NCBI GenBank assembly: GCA_037131955.1
Contig: JBAXQC010000007.1
Span: 3,004 to 67,003 of the forward strand
Direction: 5' to 3'
From: Bacteroidota bacterium
GTDB taxonomy: Bacteria; Bacteroidota; Bacteroidia; UBA4408
DNA: 64,000 nucleotides
The notes beneath the pieces were generated by a model. It had not been told where the DNA came from. It saw only the letters and a program-made list of their open reading frames with translations, and made no database searches. Of this stretch, positions 50,538 through 59,566 are shown in pieces. The first letter of the stretch is position 1; each line of letters opens with the position of its first letter. The position numbers and the translations under genes are program-made.

Positions 50538-53246
50538 ATGAAAAAATTTATAAAAATAGCTGCCCTTGTTTTTGTTTTAATGTTTGCTGTTTTAATTTCC
50601 ATACCTTTTTTATTCAAAGATAAAATTGTTGCAAAAGTTAAGGAAGAAGCAAATAAAAATTTAAACGCTACCGTAAATTTTGGTGAATTTGACATTTCAA
50701 TCATTTCCTCATTTCCTAATTTAAAATTCTCAATAAACGAACTTAGTATTATTGGCAAAGATGATTTTTTAGGAGATACATTAATTTTCTCCAAGATTAC
50801 AGCGTTAAATTTGAATTTGATGAGTGTGATAAAAGGAGAAAAATATCAAATAAATTCGATAGTAATAAATAATGCTACAATTAATGCATTGGTTAATAAA
50901 TTAGGGAAGGCAAATTGGGACATTTCAAAACCAAGCGAACCAAGCGCTCCAAGTGCTGAATCTAGTAATTTTAAAATGCAACTTTCCAAGTTTGAAATTC
51001 AAAATTCAAAGATCGTTTACGACGACAAACAGATGGGTTTTAAAACAAAATTAATTGGATTGAACCATACATTAAGGGGAGATTTTACTCAGGATGTTTT
51101 TTTAATGGAAACGTTTACAGAAATTGAAAAATGGTCTATGATGTATGGAGGTATCGCCTATCTGAAAAACGTTAGAACAAAAATTAAAGCAGATCTAGAT
51201 GCAAATATGCCTGAATTTAAATTTACATTTAAAAAGAACGAATTTGAGTTGAATGATTTAAAGTTAGGACTAGACGGATACTTTGCAATGCCCAAAGAAG
51301 ACATGGACATGGATTTGAAATTTAATTGTGCACAAACAAGTTTTGCAAGTTTTCTTTCGTTGATTCCAGGCTGCTATACCGCCGATTTTAAAGATATAAA
51401 AACAAAAGGAAGTTTTTCATTGTCGGCTTTTGTTAAAGGTATTTATAATGATAAAAAAATGCCTGCATTCGCCATAGATTTAATCGTTTCAAATGCCAGC
51501 TTTCAATACCCTTCATTGCCAAAATCAGTTAACAACATTAACCTTGACGTTAAAGTAAAAAATCCCAATGGAAATCCTGATAGAACCGCAATTGATATAA
51601 ATAAATTTCATGCAGAGATGGGCAACAATCCTTTAGATGTGGCCATGCATATTTTAACTCCAGTAAGCGATCCCTTTGTTGATGGTACAATTAAAGGAAG
51701 AGTTGATTTGAATTCGATAAAAGAATTTGTTCCATTAGAAAGCGATCAAAAATTAAGCGGGGTAATTACTGCTGATGTTTATTTAAGAGGAAATAAATCT
51801 ACTATCGACAACAAAAAATATTCTGAATTTATTGCAAAGGGAAATTTTATGGTAGAGAACATGAATTATGTAAGTAAAGAAATTCCTTACGGCATGTCTA
51901 TTTCAAAAGCAGTATTAAACTTTACTCCTAAAGCTGCAGAGCTAACTCAGTTTAATTCTAAAATTGGAAAAAGTGATTTAAATGCATCAGGTAAAATTGA
52001 AAATTTTATTGGTTATGCTCTAGCAGACGAAAAGCTGAAAGGTAAATTTTTAGTGAATTCAAATTACCTTGATGTGAATGAAATAATGGGAGAGCAAACT
52101 ACTCCTGAAACAGCAGCAGATACCTCTAAGTCAGGCATTGTAGAAGTTCCTGCAAACATAGATTTTGAGCTAGACGGAAATTTTTCTAGAATGTTGTACA
52201 GCAACATGGACATGAGAAATGTAAAAGGTAAGATAGTAGTCAGAGACAGCAAGGTTTCTATGCAAGATTTATTTATGCTTTTATTAGACGGTTCAATGGT
52301 ATTAAATGGTAGTTATTCTACTGCTAATCTTAAAAAGCCCGAAGTAGATTTTAGCATGAAAATAGATAATTTTGATTTATCAAAAACTGTAAAAACTTTC
52401 AATACCATAGAAAAATTAGCCCCCATAGCAAAACAATCTAATGGTAAATTCTCTACTTTATTGGCTTTTACATCTAATTTAAAACAGGACATGAGTCCGG
52501 AGCTTACCACTTTAAATGGTGAGGGCAAACTACAAACCAAGCAATTAGTTATAACAAACTTTCCTATGTTCAGTAAAATTGCCGATGCTATTAAAATGCC
52601 AGAGTATAAAAACCTGCCATTAAATAATACTAATCTTTCATTTTCTTTTAAGAATGGGAGAGTTAACGTACAGCCGTTTGACGTTAAAATAAAAAATTCT
52701 GTATTTAATATTGGGGGTTCACAAGGATTTGATCAAACAATAGATTATAAAGTAAAAGCAGAGGTGCAAACAAAAGATTTAGGGGCCGGAGCAAATCAAG
52801 TGGCCTCTAACCTAACAGCATTGGCGAACTCAAAAGGAGCAAATTTTTCTGTTGGAGATAAAATTACTTTAAATATGGTTGTTACAGGAACTGTGGCGGA
52901 TCCAAAATTAGATGCTGGTTTATCTGATTTAAAGAATAATTTAAAAGATCAGGCAAGAGCAGAGTTAGAGAAAAAGAAAAAGGAGTTAGAAGATAAAGCA
53001 AGAGCAGAAGCAGATAAAAAGAAGGCAGAGTTGGAGAATAAAGCCAATGCAGAACTCGAAAAGAAGAAAACAGAATTGGAGGCAAAGAGAAAAGCAGAAG
53101 AAGATAAACTAAAAGCAGAGGCAGATAAAAAGAAGAAAGAATTAGAGGAAAAAGCAAAAGCAGAAGCAGAAAAAAAGAAAAAAGAAGTAGAGGATAAAGC
53201 TAAAAAAGAAGCAGAGAAAAAGCTGAAAGGCTTATTTGGAAAATAG
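50538..53246 (+). CDS. AsmA family (TamB/AsmA-like) envelope protein with a C-terminal Lys/Glu-rich tandem-repeat coiled coil
   Basis: 902 aa with an N-terminal TM anchor and an AsmA-like beta-rich body. About six 15-aa repeats (ARAELEKKKKELEDK...) at the C-terminus. Confidence 0.55.
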   Translation: MKKFIKIAALVFVLMFAVLISIPFLFKDKIVAKVKEEANKNLNATVNFGEFDISIISSFPNLKFSINELSIIGKDDFLGDTLIFSKITALNLNLMSVIKGEKYQINSIVINNATINALVNKLGKANWDISKPSEPSAPSAESSNFKMQLSKFEIQNSKIVYDDKQMGFKTKLIGLNHTLRGDFTQDVFLMETFTEIEKWSMMYGGIAYLKNVRTKIKADLDANMPEFKFTFKKNEFELNDLKLGLDGYFAMPKEDMDMDLKFNCAQTSFASFLSLIPGCYTADFKDIKTKGSFSLSAFVKGIYNDKKMPAFAIDLIVSNASFQYPSLPKSVNNINLDVKVKNPNGNPDRTAIDINKFHAEMGNNPLDVAMHILTPVSDPFVDGTIKGRVDLNSIKEFVPLESDQKLSGVITADVYLRGNKSTIDNKKYSEFIAKGNFMVENMNYVSKEIPYGMSISKAVLNFTPKAAELTQFNSKIGKSDLNASGKIENFIGYALADEKLKGKFLVNSNYLDVNEIMGEQTTPETAADTSKSGIVEVPANIDFELDGNFSRMLYSNMDMRNVKGKIVVRDSKVSMQDLFMLLLDGSMVLNGSYSTANLKKPEVDFSMKIDNFDLSKTVKTFNTIEKLAPIAKQSNGKFSTLLAFTSNLKQDMSPELTTLNGEGKLQTKQLVITNFPMFSKIADAIKMPEYKNLPLNNTNLSFSFKNGRVNVQPFDVKIKNSVFNIGGSQGFDQTIDYKVKAEVQTKDLGAGANQVASNLTALANSKGANFSVGDKITLNMVVTGTVADPKLDAGLSDLKNNLKDQARAELEKKKKELEDKARAEADKKKAELENKANAELEKKKTELEAKRKAEEDKLKAEADKKKKELEEKAKAEAEKKKKEVEDKAKKEAEKKLKGLFGK
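52950..53225 (+). repeat. Coding tandem repeat: about six imperfect 45-nt units encoding the K/E/A-rich 15-aa repeats of the AsmA-like tail
   Basis: The units gcaagagcagagttagagaaaaagaaaaaggagttagaagataaa, gcaagagcagaagcagataaaaagaaggcagagttggagaataaa and so on are visible in frame. Confidence 0.7.
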
Positions 53247-53247
53247 T

Positions 53248-54636
53248 TTATTTTTTTAGATGTTGTTTTCTTAAATCTCTTTCGGGCAAGCCTTTTATTG
53301 CATTATCAGAATCCGTAGGTATAAGTGTGTTATCGTAGCCATCGAACCAATTATTTTTCCAGAATATTTTAAAGTAAGTTTCCTTGCTCATGCTATCGTA
53401 GTGCAAAAGAGAAGAGGTATATTGTTTTGTTTGAAATATATTTAATTGAATTCCAAAAATTACTAATAGTGCAACAGCTTGTTGCACAATTGCATTTGAT
53501 TTTAAAATTTGGCTAACTGCAGCACACATTGGTATTGCAAGCAAGGGGAAAGAATCTATAAGTGCCCTTTGGCTAAAACTTCCTCCATACCACCAGCACC
53601 ACCAACAAGATATTATATAAAGATTTAATGGAATAAAAATATACAATACAGTGCTCCATTGTTTGGTATATTGTTTAAGAAAAATAATCCCAACAAATCC
53701 TAAAATAATTAGTGGTGTATAAATAAAAAGTCCTTTTCTCCAACTAAATAAAATATCATATAAATGAGGATTTGTCCAGAAAAAATTTTCACCTGTGTAA
53801 GAATAAAAAAAATAACTCCCTGTTTGCATTTTCCAATAGAAAAATTGAGGTATCCAAATTGTTATTCCTGCTATTAAAATGAGAATTATGTGTAAATAAT
53901 TTTTTAGATATAGGTTAACTCTTGTTTGAAATTCTTTTAAAGAGTTTACGTCATAAAGTAAAAATGCTGTTCCTATGATAATATTAGTTGGTCTTATAAG
54001 CGAAATTAAGCCCAGGGTTAAACCAATACCAATGGCGTTTATAATTGTCTTGTTTTTATGCCAATTAACTGTTAGTAGGAGAAATAAAGAAAAAAGAAAA
54101 AAAGAATAAGCATGGCTCATTAGCACATCATGAGTAACGTAGCAAAATAAATTTGTTCCAATTCCTAAAATTATTAATGTAATTCCAACTGCAGTGTTGT
54201 TAAAAAAGTTGAGCAATAATTTTCTCAAAAAAAGTAAACCTAGAAAAGCGTAAAGCAAAGTTCCAATTACTAACCATGACTTATAATGTTGGGTAAAGCC
54301 ATTTGCCTTATATACCTTTGAGTTTAGACTTGCGTTGTGTCCTATTGCAAAGAAAGGACTGTACAACATTGCCATCCCCATTGTCATTTTAAAGTACTTT
54401 TTTCCTTCAGGAGTTTTTAAGTGCCAATAGCTATTGTTAGGTATATTTTGCATGGTATCTAAAAACTTCAAGCTTAAATCGTGGTGTATAAAATATGCGG
54501 GTAAATAGCTATAATATTGTATTACATCGCTAGAGATAATATCTTGTTCTTCTCTGTTGTTTTGTTTTTGTGTAAAAAGCCATGCTATTAAACAAATAAA
54601 CAACGCAGTTATACTTAAATCAAATTTGTGTTTCAT
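53248..54636 (-). CDS. Polytopic integral membrane protein, GT-C-like glycosyltransferase architecture (hypothetical)
   Basis: 462 aa with ~12 predicted TM helices and Trp/Tyr-rich loops, resembling GT39/ArnT-like proteins. Confidence 0.35.
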   Translation of the reverse strand: MKHKFDLSITALFICLIAWLFTQKQNNREEQDIISSDVIQYYSYLPAYFIHHDLSLKFLDTMQNIPNNSYWHLKTPEGKKYFKMTMGMAMLYSPFFAIGHNASLNSKVYKANGFTQHYKSWLVIGTLLYAFLGLLFLRKLLLNFFNNTAVGITLIILGIGTNLFCYVTHDVLMSHAYSFFLFSLFLLLTVNWHKNKTIINAIGIGLTLGLISLIRPTNIIIGTAFLLYDVNSLKEFQTRVNLYLKNYLHIILILIAGITIWIPQFFYWKMQTGSYFFYSYTGENFFWTNPHLYDILFSWRKGLFIYTPLIILGFVGIIFLKQYTKQWSTVLYIFIPLNLYIISCWWCWWYGGSFSQRALIDSFPLLAIPMCAAVSQILKSNAIVQQAVALLVIFGIQLNIFQTKQYTSSLLHYDSMSKETYFKIFWKNNWFDGYDNTLIPTDSDNAIKGLPERDLRKQHLKK

Positions 54637-54654
54637 TATTTAGTTGAATTTGTT

Positions 54655-55455
54655 TTAAATTTTACCAGTTATCCAATAAGAAATATACCCTATCCACTCG
54701 TGAATTATATTGTCCCACATTTGATATACTCCAGTTTTTGGAACCAGTAATTCATCGGGATAAATTTTAGCTTCGCCACTTCTTCCATCGGCAGCAAACG
54801 CAAAAGTTTTTATTCCTTGTTTTTCAAAACACTTTATAGAACGTCGCATGTGATAGCCACTAGTAACTAACAAATAAGTATCGTTTAATGAGTAACCATT
54901 TTTAATTAAAACATCTTTAGTAAATTTTGCATTTTCGTAAGTGTTTTTTGAACTTGATTCAATTAAAATATCATTGGAGTTTATGCCAATTGAAACTAAA
55001 TATTCTTTCACAAAAATAGATTCTATTTCCTCTGGCCTTTTTATGCTTCCTGAACCACCGCTGATTAAAATTTTGTTTACATAACCTTGTTTGTACAATT
55101 GAAGAGTTTGAAAAATTCTATCGCAACTTTGATTAAAATGGATTCTTTTTAAATTAAAATCATAATAGCTAAATCCACTCAAGACAATTGCAATTTTTGT
55201 ATTTTTTGGAATTTCTTTTTTCTCAATTGGTTTAATTTCCCACCAGTGGTAAACTATGTTTCCAAAGAACTGATTTCCAAAAAAGAAAATCATAAACACC
55301 AATAAAAAAAAGTATTTTCTGTTGTTTCTAAATTTTTTTATGAATCCTATTAGCAGAGCTAAAATTAAAATCCATGACAATGGAGTTGTGAAATATCCGA
55401 GTATTTTTGATGCATAAAAAAACATAGTACAATAATACAAAAATATAAAACTCAA
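54655..55455 (-). CDS. DUF218 (YdcF/SanA/ElyC family) protein with an N-terminal TM anchor
   Basis: 266 aa carrying DUF218 motifs (ILISGGSGS, SSKNTYENA, LLVTSGYHMRRS). Confidence 0.65.
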   Translation of the reverse strand: MSFIFLYYCTMFFYASKILGYFTTPLSWILILALLIGFIKKFRNNRKYFFLLVFMIFFFGNQFFGNIVYHWWEIKPIEKKEIPKNTKIAIVLSGFSYYDFNLKRIHFNQSCDRIFQTLQLYKQGYVNKILISGGSGSIKRPEEIESIFVKEYLVSIGINSNDILIESSSKNTYENAKFTKDVLIKNGYSLNDTYLLVTSGYHMRRSIKCFEKQGIKTFAFAADGRSGEAKIYPDELLVPKTGVYQMWDNIIHEWIGYISYWITGKI

Positions 55456-55502
55456 CTATTTATTGAATTGTTTTTATTTATGCTTTTATGAGCAACCTGA
55501 TA

Positions 55503-55787
55503 CTAAACATGTAATATAGGGCCCTTGCTTATCTCTGATTTTTTTAAACTAAAATTAAATTCAATTTTTCTATAACAGTTAAACAGTAATTTTTCTACTT
55601 CAAAATTTTCTGTTTCAAAAAAATTCGACGGATTTAGTGGTGCATTTATTACACCTGTATTGTCTAAAATTAAAGAAATAAATTTTTCTTTGCCATCGAG
55701 TACATCAATAAATAAAGCTGCTCCCGTAAATTTGGGGTCAAATTCAATTTCATAAAATAGGTCGTTTAATTGAATAGGATTAGGCAA
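55503..55787 (-). CDS. Hypothetical protein
   Basis: 94 aa ORF with no recognisable family. It may be non-coding. Confidence 0.25.
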   Translation of the reverse strand: MPNPIQLNDLFYEIEFDPKFTGAALFIDVLDGKEKFISLILDNTGVINAPLNPSNFFETENFEVEKLLFNCYRKIEFNFSLKKSEISKGPILHV

Positions 55788-55994
55788 TAAAACAGCAACT
55801 TTTTCCTGATTGATTAGGTCGATTTATAAATTATCAATTATTGTTTTCATTTTAGTTTGTTCAAAATTTTATATTTTATTGACCTCTAATGTTTATTCAA
55901 TTATTTACAAAGCATGTGTTCCAAATTTCTAGTTTTGTTTACACAAATATTGTTGTACTTACATCAAAAAAACTTACAGTTTTAGTTTAATTAA

Positions 55995-56116
55995 TTACAA
56001 AAATCTCACATTTAAAAATCTAATATTTAGATAAAAAACGCAAAGTTAAACGGTGTAAACAGATTATATTTTACACTTTTTCTGATTTATTTTACAAAAA
56101 TCTCACATTTAAAAAT
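55995..56116. repeat. Pair of perfect 25-bp direct repeats (TTACAAAAATCTCACATTTAAAAAT) at 55995-56019 and 56092-56116 in the AT-rich spacer upstream of the AraC gene
   Basis: The two copies are identical and lie 97 bp apart start to start, with no ORF between them. Confidence 0.8.
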
Positions 56117-56223
56117 ATCTTCAAATTATATTGATTCAAATAATTAAATAAGTTTTATTTGAATAAAACGATTATTAGAATTGATGTAGGTTTAATTTTT
56201 ACAACAGATCTTATGCAACACTT

Positions 56224-56784
56224 ATGAAATTATATATAAAATATATGGTTAGTCTCCGCTGCAAGATGATTGTTAAGGAGGAATTGCGAAAACTAGGAAT
56301 TAAATTTGTAGTTCTTGATTTAGGTATGGTAGAAATTTTGGAGTATGTTTCGCCTGAACAGATGGAATTGCTAAGAGCCGGTCTGTTAAGGGCCGGTTTA
56401 GAATTATTGGATAATAAAAAAAGTATTTTAATTGAAAAAATTAAAAATATAATTACAGAAATGATTCATTATTCTGAAGAACTTCCTAAGACAAATTTTT
56501 CAGACTATATATCAGAAAAATTAGGATATGATTACACGTATCTATCTAATATTTTTACGGAAGTAAAAGGAATGACAATTCAACATTTTATAATATTAAA
56601 TAAAATTGAAAGGGCTAAAGAACTTCTGCTATACAATGAAATGAATTTAACTGAAATTTCTTATGCATTGCATTACAGTAGCGTTGCACACTTGTCTAAT
56701 CAATTTAAAAAAATTACAGGTTTGTCTCCCACATTTTTTAGAAAGCTAAAGTTAAAAAGAAGCACTACTTTAGAAAATGTGTGA
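56224..56784 (+). CDS. AraC family transcriptional regulator
   Basis: 186 aa with a C-terminal AraC-type HTH (LTEISYALHYSSVAHLSNQFKKITGLSPTFFRK). Confidence 0.8.
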   Translation: MKLYIKYMVSLRCKMIVKEELRKLGIKFVVLDLGMVEILEYVSPEQMELLRAGLLRAGLELLDNKKSILIEKIKNIITEMIHYSEELPKTNFSDYISEKLGYDYTYLSNIFTEVKGMTIQHFIILNKIERAKELLLYNEMNLTEISYALHYSSVAHLSNQFKKITGLSPTFFRKLKLKRSTTLENV

Positions 56785-56912
56785 TTTTTGTAACTAAATA
56801 ATATTTTATTGATAATTCGTGGCAAAATAATTCAAGAATAACTAAATCATACCAAGGCAACAATCTAGTTTTAGAAATTCATGAACTTTGGGACTTTTCT
56901 AATTTAATTTGG

Positions 56913-57308
56913 ATGAATGCAAGTAGAGTTGAAAATTCCTATTCTCAGTTTAATAATGTTCTAATCAACACCAATTATCAGTATGTTAGTCAAGCTTGGC
57001 AACCTAGCTATTCTCAATACAACTACTACGAATTGTTTACCCCAAACAGTATAGACGAAACAAACTTCAATGCAATTTCAATGTATCCAAATCCATGTAA
57101 AAATTCAATAACAATTTATGGAAGTAATCTCTCGGGAATTTCTCAACTTAATGTTTTTGATGTTACAGGAAAAAATGTTTTTGCTTTACAATTAAGCAAT
57201 TTAGGTCCACTAGTAAATGTTCCAGTAAATAATCTTTCAAAAGGCACTTACATTGTAAGCATCGCAAACAATGGCCAAACAAGGTTTAGTAAGTTTGTAA
57301 AAGAGTAG
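56913..57308 (+). pseudogene. Probable remnant: isolated T9SS C-terminal sorting domain ORF lacking a signal peptide and cargo domain
   Basis: The 131 aa ORF's C-terminal ~80 aa (MYPNPCKNSITIYGSNL...GTYIVSIANNGQTRFSKFVKE) is a Por secretion tail. The N-terminus is low-complexity and has no signal peptide. Confidence 0.4.
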
Positions 57309-57328
57309 TTTACTTCATCTAATAAATT

Positions 57329-57361
57329 AAGGCGATGCATTTTGTGTTTCGCCTTTTTTTA
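57329..57361 (+). terminator. Rho-independent terminator (shared 3' region between the converging CTD-fragment ORF and the minus-strand OMP gene)
   Basis: Stem AAGGCGA(57329-57335)/TCGCCTT(57349-57355) followed by a T7 run. Confidence 0.55.
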
Positions 57362-58489
57362 GTTTTTGTAACACACCGAAAAGGTAAACATCAAGTTATC
57401 TTTTTTTAGAGAATTTAGCTCTCCAAAAATATCTTGTGAGTTGTAGAGTTTTTTTGCCTCCAATCTAAAGAAGAAATTTTCTTTCAGTTTATAATCAGCA
57501 TTAATCGAAACTCCATTCAAGTTTACTTGCACTTGGCTTGGCAGCAAAGGAAGAATTACTGCATTATTTTTAACGGTATAGTTTTCAAGTCGTAATGCAA
57601 AATTTAAATTAGCACTTGGTTTAAAGGCAACAACAATTTGAGGCGAAAACCAATGGTCAATTGTTTTGGTGAATGCATTTTCTTGTATGCCATAATCTAG
57701 TCCAGCAACAAACTCAAACTTATTTAAAAGTTGTTTTTTATAATACACATTATTAAAAAATCGGTAATACAAAAAACCTGCATTTTTGCCTTGCACCAAA
57801 ATGTTGCTTAAATTTATACTACTAGTTTTAGAAAAACTATACAAAAGTTGAATGCCAGCAGCTGGCTCAAATTCAAAATTTATAGGATATATTTTTTGCC
57901 AGCCGTTTAAAAGTAGAAATGCAAAATATATTTTTTGATTGGTGCTTGTGTAGGATAATCTAATTCCGCTTTCGAAATAAGGACTGTTTTCTGCTGCAAT
58001 GCTTCTGGTTAAAGTTAAGTTATCTGCTCCAATGGCACTCTCAAACCCTATGTGCGAAGGAAGCACTCCTGCATCTAACCATAAGTTTTTTCTCTTTGAT
58101 ATTTTGCATCCAACGTTTGCCTCAAAAATGTTCTTTACAAATCCTCTTTCATTAGAAAGATTTACATTGGCGTAAGTTCCAAACATTGGGCTAAAACTAA
58201 AACGCCAATACTTTTTTTCAAGATTCAGTTTTACAAAAAAAATATTCGTAGAAAAAGTTCTAGTAGAGGTGTGGTTGTATAAAAAATTAGACCTGTTGTA
58301 AATTTTATTCTCTCTTGCATCTACTGCATAATATGCTTCGGCATACACACTAGTATTTATGTATGTATTGGTATTTGAGCTGTCAACTGGAGCTTGGGCT
58401 ATTGCAATTTTTAAAGAAAAAACAAAACCAATAATAAGAAATAAAAATAGTTGAATACTTTTCCCTTTTTTATTCAACACAAAATTCAA
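57359..58489 (-). CDS. Hypothetical outer-membrane beta-barrel (porin-like) protein
   Basis: 376 aa with a signal peptide (AIAQAP) and alternating beta-strand pattern. It abuts the cyanophycinase gene (stop/start adjacent). Confidence 0.4.
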   Translation of the reverse strand: MNFVLNKKGKSIQLFLFLIIGFVFSLKIAIAQAPVDSSNTNTYINTSVYAEAYYAVDARENKIYNRSNFLYNHTSTRTFSTNIFFVKLNLEKKYWRFSFSPMFGTYANVNLSNERGFVKNIFEANVGCKISKRKNLWLDAGVLPSHIGFESAIGADNLTLTRSIAAENSPYFESGIRLSYTSTNQKIYFAFLLLNGWQKIYPINFEFEPAAGIQLLYSFSKTSSINLSNILVQGKNAGFLYYRFFNNVYYKKQLLNKFEFVAGLDYGIQENAFTKTIDHWFSPQIVVAFKPSANLNFALRLENYTVKNNAVILPLLPSQVQVNLNGVSINADYKLKENFFFRLEAKKLYNSQDIFGELNSLKKDNLMFTFSVCYKN

Positions 58490-59365
58490 TTAATGATCTG
58501 TTTTTGCTACCTCAACGTGGTCAGAGAAAAACTTTCTGGATTTTACGTTGTAATGATTTCCTTTGGCCATAACATGAATAATTAGATGTTCAATAGAAAG
58601 TGGAGCACCATGCTCTACATCTGCAATGTTAGAATGCTTAATTTCATGACCATCAAACAATATAATTAATCCACTTCCTATTGCTTCAAGTTTATTGCCC
58701 TCGGTTACCAAGACTCCAGTGTCTTCGCCCAATCCAATTCCAATGCAACCAGGGTTTCCTGCCACAGCTTCGGCCAATCTTCCAAATCTTCCTCTGGTTA
58801 CAAAATGAGAATCAATAATCACATTATTCATAAAGGCTAATCCTGTTGTAATTTTAACTTCCCCTTTCATCAATGCCACTGATGAGCTTCCCTGATAAAT
58901 CATGGTGCTACTCATAGCCATTGCACCTGCACTAGTTCCTGCAATTACAAAGGATTCGTTTTCGTACCTTTCGTGTAGAATTTCCAAAAATTTTGTTCCT
59001 CCAAAAATCATAGAAAGTCTCATTTGATTACCGCCGGTAAACATTACCCCGTCACAATTTTTTATTCGTTCTAAAAATTCAGGAGTATCAGATTCTTCTC
59101 TCTTTTTTATATGCAGCACACCTACATTTGAGCAGCCCAATTTAGCAAATGCATCTAAGTAGTTTTGACCCACTTCTTCAGGTATAGAAGAAGCAGTGGT
59201 TATTACCTCAACTCTGGATTCAATGCCTTTCATTTCTTTCAGGAATCTTTTTAAAATTCCAAACTCAAAAAAATTAAGGTGGTCTTTTTGTGTAAATTTT
59301 GGTTCAATGGCAGTTCCTTTATCTTCGTTTCCGCCAATGGAAATAAGTATTCCTTTTGGTATCAT
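58490..59365 (-). CDS. cphB: Cyanophycinase-like peptidase (MEROPS S51 family)
   Basis: 291 aa of S51 sequence with the Ser nucleophile motif GTSAGA and a CphB-like N-terminus (ILISIGGNEDKG). Confidence 0.65.
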   Translation of the reverse strand: MIPKGILISIGGNEDKGTAIEPKFTQKDHLNFFEFGILKRFLKEMKGIESRVEVITTASSIPEEVGQNYLDAFAKLGCSNVGVLHIKKREESDTPEFLERIKNCDGVMFTGGNQMRLSMIFGGTKFLEILHERYENESFVIAGTSAGAMAMSSTMIYQGSSSVALMKGEVKITTGLAFMNNVIIDSHFVTRGRFGRLAEAVAGNPGCIGIGLGEDTGVLVTEGNKLEAIGSGLIILFDGHEIKHSNIADVEHGAPLSIEHLIIHVMAKGNHYNVKSRKFFSDHVEVAKTDH

Positions 59366-59503
59366 TAAAATCGTTTTATTTTAGTTTCCCCCCGATATTT
59401 AGATTCCAAATATAGGTAAGTTAACATTCAGGCAAAATAAAACCTTTAAAAACTTACTAAATAGCCACATTTTACAAAAAACATAGGAATATTTACTCAA
59501 TAA

Positions 59504-59534
59504 TTTGATAATTAACAAAAAGAGTTTACTTTTG
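59504..59534 (+). promoter_or_regulatory. Putative Bacteroidetes sigma-A promoter (-33 TTTG / -7 TAnnTTTG) for rpsF-rpsR-rplI
   Basis: TTTG at 59504-59507, a 19-nt spacer, then TACTTTTG at 59527-59534, about 32 nt upstream of the rpsF ATG. Confidence 0.4.
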
Positions 59535-59566
59535 CAGTCCTTTTTAAAAATTTAAACAAAAAGAAC

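Noticed and set aside
55995-56116. CRISPR array, from the two 25-bp direct repeats with ~72-bp spacing.
   Set aside because: There are only two copies, the spacing is too long and irregular, there are no cas genes, and the repeat is AT-rich and non-palindromic. It is not a CRISPR.
58490-59365. Calling the S51 peptidase a secreted CphE-type enzyme.
   Set aside because: No N-terminal signal peptide is present (MIPKGILISIGGNEDKG). The intracellular CphB/PepE-like type is more consistent.
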